The notes beneath the pieces were generated by a model. That model was not told the DNA's origin. It searched no databases and saw only the letters and a list, made by a program, of their open reading frames with translations. Shown one piece after another: positions 24,361-35,492 of a stretch of DNA of 64,000 bases. How positions within the stretch are numbered: position 1 is the first letter of the stretch; each line of letters opens with the position of its first letter. The DNA comes from Octopus sinensis (taxonomy: Eukaryota): assembly GCF_006345805.1 (NCBI RefSeq), contig NC_043024.1, forward strand, positions 2,356,001 to 2,420,000, in the 5' to 3' direction. The position numbers and the translations under genes are program-made.

Positions 24361-24722
24361 GTGGAGGCGCAATGGCCCAGTGGTTAGGGCAGCGGTTTCG
24401 ATTCCCAGACCGGGCGTTGTGAGTGTTTATTGAGCGAAAACACCTAAAAGCTCCACGAGGCTCCGGCAGGGGATGGTGGTGATCCCTGCTGTACTCTTTC
24501 ACCACAACTTTCTCTCACTCTTACTTCCTGTTTCTGTTGTACCTGTATTTCAAGGGGCTGGCCTTGTCACTCTCTGTGTCACGCAGAATATCCCCGAGAA
24601 CTACGGTAAGGGTCCACGTGTCTGCGGAGTGCTCAGCCACTTACACGTTAATTTCACGAGCAGGCTGTTCCGTTGATTCGGATCAACCGGAACCCTCATC
24701 GTCGTAACCGACGGAGTGCTTC
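24361..24722 (+). mobile_element. tRNA-derived SINE family C
   Basis: GGAGGCGCAATGGCCCAGTGGTTAGG A-box and GGTTTCGATTCC B-box. Copies at 54018-54386 and 57519-~57870; head fragments (-) at 47545-47640 and 61920-61980. Confidence 0.82.
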
Positions 24723-24735
24723 AAAATAAAAAATC

Positions 24736-24954
24736 CAGTGGTTTTCAACCAGGGTTCCTCGGAACCTTAGGGTTCCGCCAGTACAGTCCAGGGGTTCCGC
24801 AAGAAGTTACAAAACTGCTAAAATCGACAGTAATTTTTAATTCTCCTGTGCAGATATGTGTGCATAAGACTATTAAATTATTGCACAGGGGTTCCTCGAG
24901 CCAGTGGAATGTTTCCTTGGGGTTCCGCTCCAGCAAAAAGTTTGAAAAGCACTG
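24736..24954. mobile_element. hAT/Charlie-like non-autonomous element
   Basis: CAGTGGTTTTCAAC ... GTTTGAAAAGCACTG termini and GGTTCC subterminal repeats. Confidence 0.7.
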
Positions 24955-25557
24955 GTCTAATCCATTGTGAATCTAAAATACAACATTCAGAAAAATATCT
25001 CATACGTATCAACGAAGGAACTCTTAAGTTGTGATTCGACTTGCTAGAAATAACAGTCAAATCACTCTCAAATTTCACACAAGTGAGCAAAATTAATACA
25101 TGGAAAAGTTTAGTCTTATAGCTCAAACTATAGTTGTGTTCGATAATGCTGACCTGGTAGAATTTACAATTCTGTCTCGGCTTGTATGTCATTTAAACTG
25201 AAAAAAAAAAAAGAATTACATACATATGCAAATAATACATTTGTATACCAATAACCATGTATCACCTTTTATACTTATCTGAATACATATGCCATAAATG
25301 TATTTTGTTGTATCTTGGGACGGTCCTTGCACCAAAAAAAACACATGCACTGCATCTATTTCACTTCTTTTGTTATAATTAGTCAACTAGTTAACCATTT
25401 AATTAGATATCTAATCAATAAGTTGAGTCCTTTTGTCAACATATACAACCTCATCAACGATATGCCTTCTCTACTCCAGGTCTGTCTGGCAACTAGTTCT
25501 ATATTTATATTATCAGAATGTGTGAGAGCCTGATAATATGTGTGTGTGTGTGTGTGT

Positions 25558-25805
25558 GGAGGCGCGTGGCTTAGTGGTTAGGATGTCAGCATCATGATCG
25601 TTAGATTGTGGTTTCGATTCCTGGACCGGGCGACACGTTGTGTTCTTGAGCAAAACACTTCATTTCACGTTGCTCCAGTCCATTCAGCTGGCAAAAATGA
25701 GTAACGTTGCGATGGACTGGCATCCCGTCCTGTTGGGGAACACATACGCCATAGAAACCGGGAAAACGGGGCCCATGAACCTGGCTAGGCTTTAAAAAGG
25801 GTGCA
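25558..25805 (+). mobile_element. tRNA-derived SINE family D (TTGTGTTCTTGAGCAAAACACTT central domain)
   Basis: A/B boxes present. Copies at 20500-20710 and 43060-43307 (-), fragment at 7640-7770 (-). Confidence 0.78.
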
Positions 25806-25806
25806 A

Positions 25807-25807
<1 letters not shown>

Positions 25808-25886
<79 letters not shown>
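25808..25886. repeat. (TA)n microsatellite between ZF5 and ZF6
   Basis: Read directly from sequence. Confidence 0.95.
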
Positions 25887-25887
<1 letters not shown>

Positions 25888-25966
25888 TATTGATCGGGCA
25901 TAGTCAGTTGCCAACACAAAATACAGAACAATGCGAAGAAATTTTCTAGCATTTCAGAATGTTTTA

Positions 25967-26040
25967 AATTATGTTAGACATCTTTCGATTTTGTCACCGG
26001 AATTATTGAGGTAAGGGGAAAATATATGAACGACACCGCC
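25967..26040 (+). promoter_or_regulatory. Conserved upstream module of ZF6
   Basis: AATTATGTTAG .. GTCACCGG .. GGAAAATAT .. CGACACCGCC. Confidence 0.6.
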
Positions 26041-26176
26041 GTCATCAGTAGCTTTGTAATTACCTCAGGTGAGTTAATTGGATCATGTAAACATTGTCTG
26101 ATTACATCTAAGCCGAGGAACTGGACCGTTATAGATTATAATCGCAGAGCTTTTACGAATTCCTGGTTGATTAATT

Positions 26177-27985
26177 ATGGAAGACGTTAAAGTCTTGGAC
26201 ACTTCCAACGTAATTGTCTTCGAGGAGCAGAATTTACAGAGTGGAACCTTTGCTGACCAAAAATCCTTTCATGGCAATATTCCTGGACAAAGCTGTGAGA
26301 TTTGTAGTAAAATATTCCCGTCGGAACCTGAATTATTATCCCACAAAGAAATCCACAAGACAGAGAAACCATTCCACTGCGAAATATGCGGAAAATCTTT
26401 CCCATCGAACGTTTTTCTGACAACCCACAGAAGGACACATACGGGAGAGAAACCGTTTCCTTGTGGAATGTGCGGCAAATCATTCGTAAATAATTCTCAT
26501 CTTGCAATTCACAAGCGAATACACACGGGAGAAAAACCATTCCAGTGTGAAATATGCGGCAAATCTTTCACCCAGAATGCCAGCCTTGTTATCCACGTAC
26601 GGAGCCATACAGGAGAAAAACCCTTCAAGTGTGATATATGTGGGAAGTATTTCGTTTCTAATATTATCTTGTCACGGCATAGAACGATTCATACAGGTGA
26701 GAGACCATTTCAGTGTGAAATATGCGGGAAATCTTTTATTAATAATTCGAAACTTGTTATTCATATTCGAAGTCATACGGGAGAGAAACCGTGCAGTTGT
26801 GATGTTTGCGGGAAGTGTTTCGTGTCCAATAGTAGTTTGGCGATTCACAAAAGGCTTCACACGGGAGAGAAATTGTTACGCTGTGAAATCTGCGAGAAAA
26901 CTTTTATAAATAACTTGAAACTTGTCATTCATGAACGTCGACACACGGGAGAGAAACCGTTTCGCTGTGAAATCTGCGGGAAGGATTTTATTGAGAATTC
27001 TAAGCTTACGATCCATCAACGTAGGCACTCCGGAGAAAAACCGTACGTGTGCGAAGTATGTGGAAAATCTTATGTAAATAACAGTGATTTAAAAACTCAT
27101 GAGCGAATCCATAGTGGTGAAAAACCGTTCAGTTGTGAAATTTGCGGCAAGTCCTTTCTCTATAGCAGTAATTTAAAAAGACACGGTAGGATCCATACGG
27201 GAGAAAACCCCTTTCACTGTGACATATGTGGAAAATCGTTCTCTGATAATTCTAATCTCGTAGTTCACAAACGTAGACACACCGGGGAATTACCACATCA
27301 TTGTGAAATCTGTGGCAAGTCGTTTGTAAGTAACAGTGATTTAAAGACCCATGAACGAATCCACACTGGAGAGAAACCCTTCCATTGTGATATCTGTGGG
27401 AAATCGTTCTATGTGAATTCACAGCTTGTAGTTCATAAAATGATGCATGCTGGGGAAAATCCTTATTCTTGTGATATTTGTGGGAAATCTTTTCTGACTA
27501 ATAGCTTGTTAAAAGCCCACAAAAAAATTCACAGTGGGGAGAAACCATATCATTGTGAGATCTGTGGGAAAGCTTTTCTTAAAAACCACGATTTAAAACG
27601 CCACAATCAAATCCACACAGGGGAGAAACCTTACCATTGTGATATTTGTGACAAGTCGTTCTGTAAAAATTCTTCCCTTGTTGTGCACAAGCAGATACAC
27701 ACGGGGGAAAAATCGTATCTTTGTGATATGTGTGGGAAATCCTTCTCCCGGAATTTCGATCTTATGAGCCACAAGCGTAGACACACTGGGGAAAAACCTT
27801 GCGCCTGTGGGGTCTGTGGGAAATCTTTTGTTAATAACAGTGACTTAAACATTCACAAACGGAAACACACGGGAGAAAAACTGTTTCACTGTGAAATCTG
27901 TGGGAAATCTTTTATTACCAGCAGTCTTTTAAAGAGACATGGACGCATACACTCTGGTGGGAAGGCTTTAAAATGTGAAACCTGA
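26177..27985 (+). CDS. ZF6: C2H2 zinc-finger protein, 20 fingers
   Basis: 602-aa ORF, 20 fingers, ends LKCET*. Confidence 0.95.
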   Translation: MEDVKVLDTSNVIVFEEQNLQSGTFADQKSFHGNIPGQSCEICSKIFPSEPELLSHKEIHKTEKPFHCEICGKSFPSNVFLTTHRRTHTGEKPFPCGMCGKSFVNNSHLAIHKRIHTGEKPFQCEICGKSFTQNASLVIHVRSHTGEKPFKCDICGKYFVSNIILSRHRTIHTGERPFQCEICGKSFINNSKLVIHIRSHTGEKPCSCDVCGKCFVSNSSLAIHKRLHTGEKLLRCEICEKTFINNLKLVIHERRHTGEKPFRCEICGKDFIENSKLTIHQRRHSGEKPYVCEVCGKSYVNNSDLKTHERIHSGEKPFSCEICGKSFLYSSNLKRHGRIHTGENPFHCDICGKSFSDNSNLVVHKRRHTGELPHHCEICGKSFVSNSDLKTHERIHTGEKPFHCDICGKSFYVNSQLVVHKMMHAGENPYSCDICGKSFLTNSLLKAHKKIHSGEKPYHCEICGKAFLKNHDLKRHNQIHTGEKPYHCDICDKSFCKNSSLVVHKQIHTGEKSYLCDMCGKSFSRNFDLMSHKRRHTGEKPCACGVCGKSFVNNSDLNIHKRKHTGEKLFHCEICGKSFITSSLLKRHGRIHSGGKALKCET

Positions 27986-28076
27986 GAGGTTTTTCCTTGT
28001 AAGTCTAAATTTATATCAGAAATATAAAATTTCTAAATATCTCATAGACATATGTACGGTGGTTGAGCGATAGAGT

Positions 28077-28224
28077 GATTGTATACTGTCAACTTAACGT
28101 GACAGTCCTGTAAGGGAATTACACCACCGCTGTTTCAACGGAAGCAATCGATGATTCCTAGGGCTAAACAAAGGTGGTGTAATTCCCTTACAGGACTGTC
28201 ACGTTAAGTTGACAGTATACAACC
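28077..28224. mobile_element. Fold-back MITE M4 with perfect 50-bp arms
   Basis: 28079-28128 is the exact reverse complement of 28173-28222. Right half also at ~10450-10525; left 26 bp at ~33028-33053. Confidence 0.85.
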
Positions 28225-29589
28225 ATTCTAAATTTATTGTCCAGTACCAAGTAAACATTGGAGACCATTTATTCCTTTAGCATTTGAACCGGCCAAAATA
28301 ATATTTCTGTTTTGATTTCAAACTGGCTAGATCTAGCCTTTCACACCTACCCTACAATGTCATTCTAAAAATAAATAATCCCATCATCAAAATGTGAAAG
28401 CTATGAGATAATCCATGATTAATTCAAAACAATTTGAATAAACAAGCTTTACATTTTGACAGGGTAATCTGAATTTGAAAGAGTTAATCTTTGTGTAATA
28501 TTTTGGAAATCACTCTCATTGTATTCTCATCTTTTAATATAGAAATGTAGTCTCATTTCAGAGAAATCTTAACTCTTTTACTTGTTTCAGTCGTTTGACT
28601 GTGGCCATGCTGGAGCACCACCTTTAGTCGAGCAAATCGACCCCAGGTCTTATTCTTTGTAAGCCTAGTACTTATTCTATTGGTTTCTTTTACCGAACTG
28701 CTAAGTGACGGAGGCGTAAACACACCAGCATTGGTTGTCAAGCGATGTTGGGGGGACCAACACAGACACAAATACACACACCTGGGATGAGGTGATGAAG
28801 CACAACTTTTGGACATTGGGCATCATGAAGGCAATGATGAGCGACAAAGACCTTTGGATATGCTGTGCTTGAGAAGACAAGCGAGTCCGTAACCGTGGCC
28901 TATGCCAGTGCAGCATAACCAGTCCGTGCTGGTGGCACGTAAAAAGCACCATTTAAGCATGGGTCATTAGCAGTGTCACCTGACTGGCTCCCATGCTTGT
29001 GCAAATAAAATGCACCCACTACACTCTCGGAGTGGTTGGCATTGGGAAGGGCATCCATCTGTAGAAACCTTGCCAGATCAAGATTAGAGCCTAGTACAGC
29101 CTTCTGGCTTGCCAGCCCTCAGTCAAACCATCCAACCCATGCCAGCATGGAAAGTGGACGTTAAATGACAACGATGATGATCATGATATATATATGTATG
29201 TATGTATACGTTTGTGTGTCTGTATTTGTCCTCCAAACCATCACTTGACAACCAATGTTGGTGTGTTTACATCCCTGAAACTTAGTGGTTTGGCAAAAGA
29301 GACTGATTGAATAAGTACTAGGCTTACAAAGAATAAGTCCTGGGGTTGATTTGTTTGACTAGAGGCAGTGCTCCAGCATGGCTGCAGTCAAATGACTGAA
29401 ACAAATAAAAGAGTAAAAGAATATTTATATGTGTGTCGGTATGTTTGTGTCCCCTTGTCTTGGCATCACTTGATTGTTATAAATGAATATCATTCATTTC
29501 CAGTATTATGCAAAAAAAAATCAGGTTTTGCTTTTGAAAAATATCAGCCTGCTTGAAAACAGGTAAGTGTTGGTGACAGGAAGAGCATC

Positions 29590-30150
29590 TGGCCAAAGAA
29601 AATCAATCGTCTGGAAGCTGTTCAGCGACGTGCAACCAAAAGAATACCCTCCATCAGGCATTTGCCACATCCTGAATGCCTTATTTCCCAGGGCATGGAC
29701 ACACTGAAACTCCGACGTCTGGCAGCTGACTTGGCAGACACCCATAAAATTATCAACCATCGCACAAACAATAACACTGAGCACCTCTTCAAACTCCACC
29801 CGTCTAACACCCGTGGACATATTTAGAAAGTAAGAAAACAGCACAGCTCCCATGACTTCAGGAAACATTTTTTCATGCTGAAAGTTGCTGAAGCATGGAA
29901 CAAACTGCCGACATCAGTTGTTAGTTGTCGGAGCACTGCATCCTTCAAAACTTCCATGCTTCCTGAGATTCGCCAACACTACACCTGATTTTCTCCTCCT
30001 CTCCATACACACGCAAGCATGTATCTGACTCATATATTGTTCGCTTTCCAGACATTTCTACATTACTGCATGTACTTTATATGCACTTTCTGACAAGTTG
30101 TGGTGCACCTGAGCACTGTATACAATAATTTCATTATTATTATTTTTATT
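29590..30150 (+). mobile_element. CR1/L2-group LINE 3' fragment
   Basis: Translates to LEAVQRRATKRI..SNTRGH..RKHFFMLKVAEAWNKLPTSVV..SFK, followed by an (ATT)n tail. Confidence 0.85.
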
Positions 30151-30699
30151 ACTTCAATAAACTCTTTCTAACCCATGCAAGCATGGAAAAGTGGATGTTA
30201 AAACGATGAAGATGTCACCGCTTCTTTCTCTCTTCTCTCTTCCCTGTAGAACTGTTTTGCTACTACCCCTCGAGGTTCTTTTCTAGTATCCTCTCTTTCA
30301 TTAATTTCTATTTTTGGCAGGGGGATGTGACAACCCTCTGCTGCTGATGAACCCTTCATTATTTATTTTTTGGGAATTTTCAGAAATTTTTTTTTACACA
30401 TGGGAATTCATATTCAGAACCCTAAAAACAATTGTGTGATTTAAGGACTAGCTGTTATTTTTAGCATATCTCACGACCACCTTTATTTGTCACTGACGTT
30501 ATGTTTTTCAATATCGTTCTCCCCGTAAACACATTTAAGGGTCTTTTTTCTGGGTTATATGCGATGCTTGAAGCAGAATTCAACCCCTGCATCTGCCAGG
30601 CAAATTTTTTTTGTTTTCGAATATCAAAAACATCTTCTTTCTCGTTGCTTTCAAGATGTAACACCGATATTCATCAGGTTTTTTTTTTAATCAGAGTTC

Positions 30700-30844
30700 G
30701 GCGATCCTTCGGTATAGGTACACACGTGACATTTTTTACATTTCTGAAGATAAGAGAAACCCTTTTCTCCCACCCCTAACCCCCCATATATTAAAAAAAA
30801 ACACTTTCTTGAAATGTATCCGGTACTTATACCGATGTTACGCC
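30700..30844. mobile_element. ~150-bp MITE family M2 (GGCG..TTCGGTATAxGTAC / GTACxTATACCGAA..CGCC)
   Basis: 8-bp TSD CAGAGTTC at 30692-30699 / 30845-30852. Copies at 7161-7321, 12527-12681, 33270-33367 and 44254-44419; remnant at 40420-40442. Confidence 0.8.
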
Positions 30845-30912
30845 CAGAGTTCTTCTCATCACTCATTGGAACTAATAGCAGACTGGCTAAAACCGAAGAA
30901 TCAAACAGATCG

Positions 30913-30984
30913 AATTATGTCAGGAACTTTTAACTTATAACACCGGAATAATTATAGCGAGGGGAAAATATTAGCGACACCGCC
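30913..30984 (+). promoter_or_regulatory. Conserved upstream module of ZF7
   Basis: AATTATGTCAGGAAC .. ACACCGG .. GGAAAATAT .. CGACACCGCC. Confidence 0.6.
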
Positions 30985-31112
30985 AACCTGCTATTGTAAT
31001 TAGTTGAGCAAATTTCCTAAATTGATGTAAAAACAGTCCCAGGAAACCGAATCTTTTCAGATTAATATTAACAAAGTTTTCTGCAGCTTTTAAGAATTCC
31101 TGATCTTTAAAT

Positions 31113-32936
31113 ATGGACGATGTTAATCCTTTGGGATCTTCAAACGATGTAAATTCCGTTTCACGGACAGTCAAAGGTGAGAAAGTTTTATTCAATGAAG
31201 AGTCCACTGATCAGAGATCGATACAGAGAAATATTACTGAATATAGCTGTGGCATTCGTAAGGAAAAATATATTTCAGAGCATGAATTAATCATACACAA
31301 GGACATCCATAAAAAGGAGAAACCATTCCAATGTGAAATATGCGGGAAATATTACACACAGAATGCCAGCCTTGTTGTCCACGTACGGGGTCACACGGGA
31401 GAAAGACCCTTCAAGTGTGATATCTGCGGGCAATATTTCGTTTCTACTACTATTTTGTCAAGGCATAGAACGATTCATACAGGTGAGAGGCGGTTTCGGT
31501 GTGAAATATGCGGCAAATCTTATATTAGTAATTCGAAACTTGTTATCCACGTACGGGGTCACACGGGAGAAAGACCCTTCAAGTGTGATATCTGCGGGAA
31601 ATATTTTGTGTCTAATACTGCTTTGTCAAAGCATAAAGCGATTCATACAGGTGAGAAACCATTTCAGTGTGAAATCTGCGGGAAATCTTTTCTTTATAAT
31701 TCGAAACTTGTTGTCCATATACGTAGTCATACGGGAGAGAAACCGTGGAGTTGTGATGTTTGCGGGAAGTGTTTCGTGTCCAGTAGTAGTTTGGCGATTC
31801 ACAAAAGGCTTCACACAGGAGAGAAATTGTTACGCTGTGAAATCTGCGGGAAAACTTTTCTAAATAATTCTAAACTTGTCATTCATGGACGTAGGCACAC
31901 GGGAGAGAAACCGTTTCGTTGTGAAATCTGCGGGAAGGATTTTGTTGAGAATTCTAAGCTTAAGAGCCATCAACGTAGGCACTCCGGAGAAAAACCGTAC
32001 GTGTGCGAAGTATGTGGAAAATCTTATGTAAATTACAGTGATTTAAAAACTCATGAAGGAATTCATAGTGGTGAAAAACCGTTCAGTTGTGAAATTTGCG
32101 GCAAGACTTTTCTCTGTAGCAGTAAATTGAAAACGCACGGTAGGATCCATACGGGAGAAAAACCGTTTCACTGTGACATATGTGGAAAATCGTTCTCTGA
32201 TAATTCTAATCTCGGAGTTCACAAACTTAGACACACGGGGGAATTACCACATCATTGTGAAATCTGTGGCAAGTCGTTTGTAAGTAACAGTGATTTAAAG
32301 GCCCATGAACGAATCCATACTGGAGAGAAACCGTTCCATTGTGATATCTGTGGGAGATCTTTCTCCCGGAATTTCTATCTTATGAGCCACAAGCGTAGAC
32401 ACACTGGGGCAAAACCTTGCACCTGTGATATCTGTGGGAAATTGTTCTATGTGAATTCAGAGCTTGTCGTTCATAAAATGATGCACGTTGGGGAAAATCC
32501 TTATTCTTGTGATATTTGTGGGAACTCTTTTCTGACTAATAGCTTGTTAAAAGACCACAAAAAAATTCACAGTGGGGAGAAACCTTATCACTGTGAGATC
32601 TGTGGGAAAGCTTTTCCTCAAAAACACGATTTAAAACGTCACAATCGAACTCATACGGGGGAGAATCCTTACCATTGTGATATGTGTGGGAAATCTTTCT
32701 CCCGGAATTTCAGTCTTATGAGCCACAAGCGTAGACACAGTGGGGAGAAACCTTGTGCCTGTGGGGTCTGTGGGAAATCTTTTGTTAATAACAGTGACTT
32801 AAACATGCACAAAAAGAAACACACGGGAGTAAAACTGTTTCAATGTGAAGTCTGTGGGTATTCTTTTATTTCTAGCCTTTTAAAGAGACATGGATGCATA
32901 CAGTCTGGTGGGAAGGCTTTAAAATGTGAAACCTGA
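31113..32936 (+). CDS. ZF7: C2H2 zinc-finger protein, 18 intact + 2 degenerate fingers
   Basis: 607-aa ORF. First finger has C>R (CGIR). Last finger is one residue short and has H>Q. Confidence 0.93.
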   Translation: MDDVNPLGSSNDVNSVSRTVKGEKVLFNEESTDQRSIQRNITEYSCGIRKEKYISEHELIIHKDIHKKEKPFQCEICGKYYTQNASLVVHVRGHTGERPFKCDICGQYFVSTTILSRHRTIHTGERRFRCEICGKSYISNSKLVIHVRGHTGERPFKCDICGKYFVSNTALSKHKAIHTGEKPFQCEICGKSFLYNSKLVVHIRSHTGEKPWSCDVCGKCFVSSSSLAIHKRLHTGEKLLRCEICGKTFLNNSKLVIHGRRHTGEKPFRCEICGKDFVENSKLKSHQRRHSGEKPYVCEVCGKSYVNYSDLKTHEGIHSGEKPFSCEICGKTFLCSSKLKTHGRIHTGEKPFHCDICGKSFSDNSNLGVHKLRHTGELPHHCEICGKSFVSNSDLKAHERIHTGEKPFHCDICGRSFSRNFYLMSHKRRHTGAKPCTCDICGKLFYVNSELVVHKMMHVGENPYSCDICGNSFLTNSLLKDHKKIHSGEKPYHCEICGKAFPQKHDLKRHNRTHTGENPYHCDMCGKSFSRNFSLMSHKRRHSGEKPCACGVCGKSFVNNSDLNMHKKKHTGVKLFQCEVCGYSFISSLLKRHGCIQSGGKALKCET

Positions 32937-33461
32937 GAGGTTTTTCCTTGTAAGTCTAAATTTATATCAGATATATAAAATTTCTAAATATCTCATAGAC
33001 ATATGTACGGTGGTTGAGCGATAGAGTGATTGTATACTGTCAACTTAACGTGAGAGAGTTATTGTTTGCGGAGACATATCCGGGTGTGGGTGGTTTGTCC
33101 TGGACTGTTTGAAGGAATTTGTCCAAAGACTTCTTGAATTTTGTGTGGTCAGTTTCTTTTTTGCCAGGCGAAGTTTTTTTGTTTTCGAATATCAAAAACA
33201 TCTTTCTCGTTGCTTTCAAGATGTAACACCGATATTCATCAAGTTTTTTTTTTTTTTTAATAAGAGTTCGGCGTGACTTTTTTTACATTTCTCCCACCCC
33301 TAACCCCCCATATATTAAAAAATACACTTTCTTGAAATGTATCCGGTACTTATACCGAAGTTACGCCCAGAGTCCTTCTCATCACTCATCAGAACTAATA
33401 GCAGACTGGCTAAAACCGAAGAATCAATCAGATCGAATTGGAACTGTATATGAATCGATGA

Positions 33462-33533
33462 AATTATGTCAGGGACTTTTAGCTTATAACACCGGAATAA
33501 TCATAGCGAGGGGAAAATATTAGCGACACCGCC
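33462..33533 (+). promoter_or_regulatory. Conserved upstream module of ZF8
   Basis: Near-identical to the ZF7 module. Confidence 0.6.
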
Positions 33534-33661
33534 AACCTGCTATTGTAATTAGTTGAGCAAATTTCCTAAATTGATGTAAAAACAGTCCCAGGAAACCGAA
33601 TCTTTTCAGATTAATATTAACAAAGTTTTCTGCAGCTTTTAAGAATTCCTGATCTTTAAAT

Positions 33662-35460
33662 ATGGACGATGTTAATCCTTGGGATCTTCAAACGATGTAA
33701 ATTCCGTTTCACGGACAGTCAAAGGTGAGAAAGTTTTATTCAATGAAGAGTCCACTGATCAGAGATCGATACAGAGAAATATTACTGAATATAGCTGTGG
33801 CATTCGTAAGGAAAAATATATTTCAGAGCATGAATTAATCATACACAAGGACATCCATAAAAAGGAGAAACCATTCCAATGTGAAATATGCGGGAAATAT
33901 TACACACAGAATGCCAGCCTTGTTGTCCACGTACGGGGTCACACGGGAGAAAGACCCTTCAAGTGTGATATATGCGGGAAATATTTCGTTTCTAATACTA
34001 TTTTGTCACGGCATAGAACGATTCATACAGGTGAGAGGCGGTTTCGGTGTGAAATATGCGGCAAATCTTATATTAGTAATTCGAAACTTGTTGTCCACGA
34101 ACGGGGTCACACGGGAGAAAAACCCTTCAAGTGTGATATCTGCGGGAAATATTTTGTGTCTAATACTGCTTTGTCAAAGCATAAAGTGATTCATACAGGT
34201 GAGAAACCATTTCAGTGTGAAATCTGCGGGAAATCTTTTCTTTATAATTCGAAACTTGTTGTCCATATTCGTAGTCATACGGGAGAGAAACCGTGGAGTT
34301 GTGATGTTTGCGGGAAGTGTTTCGTGTCCAGTAGTAGTTTGGCGATTCACAAAAGGCTTCACACGGGAGAGAAATTGTTACACTGTGAAATCTGTGGGAA
34401 AACTTTTATAAATAACTTGAAATTTGTCATTCATGAACGTAGGCACATCTGCGGGAAGGATTTTATCGAGAATTCTAAGCTTACGATCCACAAACGTACC
34501 CACACTGGGGAAAAACTATATTGTTGTGAGGTGTGTGGGAAATTTTTTGTTAATAGTAGTGTTTTAAAAACCCATGACCGAATCCATAGTGGGGAGAAGC
34601 CTTATCAGTGCGAATCGTGTGGCAAGTCTTTTCTCAGCAATAGTAATCTTCAAAGACACAAACGAATTCATACTGGGGAAAATCCATTCCACTGCGAAAT
34701 CTGTGGCAAGTCATTCTCTGATAATTCAAATTTTTTGGTTCACAAACGGAGACACATTGGGGAATTGTCTTATTGCTGTGAAATCTGTGGTAAATCGTTC
34801 GTAAATAACAGTGATTTAAAGACCCATGAACGAATCCACTCTGGAGAGAAACCCTTCCATTGTGATATCTGTGGGAAATCGTTCTATGTGAATTCACAGC
34901 TTGTAGTTCATAAAATGATGCATGCTGGGGAAAATCCCTTCTGCTGTGATATCTGTGGAAAGTCATTTCTTACGATCAGTTTATTAAAAACGCACAGAAA
35001 AATCCACTCTGGAGAGAAACCATATCACTGTGAGATCTGTGGGAAAGCTTTTCTTAAGAACCACGATTTAAAACGTCACAATCAAATCCACACAGGGGAG
35101 AAACCTTATCATTGTGATATTTGTGACAAGTCGTTTGGTAAAAATTCTTCCCTTGTTGTGCACAAGCAGATACACATGGGGGAAAAGTCCTATCTTTGTG
35201 ATATGTGTGGGAAATCCTTCTCCCGGAATTTCGATCTTATGAGCCACAAGCGTAGACACACTGGGGAAAAACCTTGTGCCTGTGGGGTCTGTGGGAAATC
35301 TTTTGTTAATAACAGTGACTTAAACATACACAAACGGAAACACACGGGTGAAAAACCCTATTGTTGTGAAGTATGTGAGAAATCCTTCATTTCTAGCAGT
35401 CTTTTAAAGAGACACGAACGACTGCACACCAGAGGGAAGCCTCTCAAATGTGAGACATAA
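33662..35460 (+). pseudogene. ZF8: C2H2 ZF gene with a 1-nt deletion shortly after the ATG (pseudogene or assembly indel), 18 intact fingers
   Basis: ATGGACGATGTTAATCC-TTGGG versus ZF7 ATGGACGATGTTAATCCTTTGGG. The ATG frame gives MDDVNPWDLQTM*. The long frame 33679..35460 opens only at TTG. Confidence 0.8.
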
Positions 35461-35492
35461 GATATGGGTCTGTTTTGTAATCTAAACCTATA

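Noticed and set aside
24361-24430. tRNA-like sequences (also 25558, 54018, 57519)
   Set aside because: A/B boxes run straight into SINE bodies and no complete cloverleaf is evident; these are SINE heads.
30620-30683. Minus-strand CTGATGA...GAAAG hammerhead-like string
   Set aside because: Stem II does not close next to the core, and there is no U16.1-H17 site in register with stem I.
1044-35259. Many 60-176 aa ORFs antisense or off-frame within the ZF genes (e.g. 1044..1424, 26502..26909, 31333..31863)
   Set aside because: They are shadows of the periodic finger codon pattern and show no independent protein signal.
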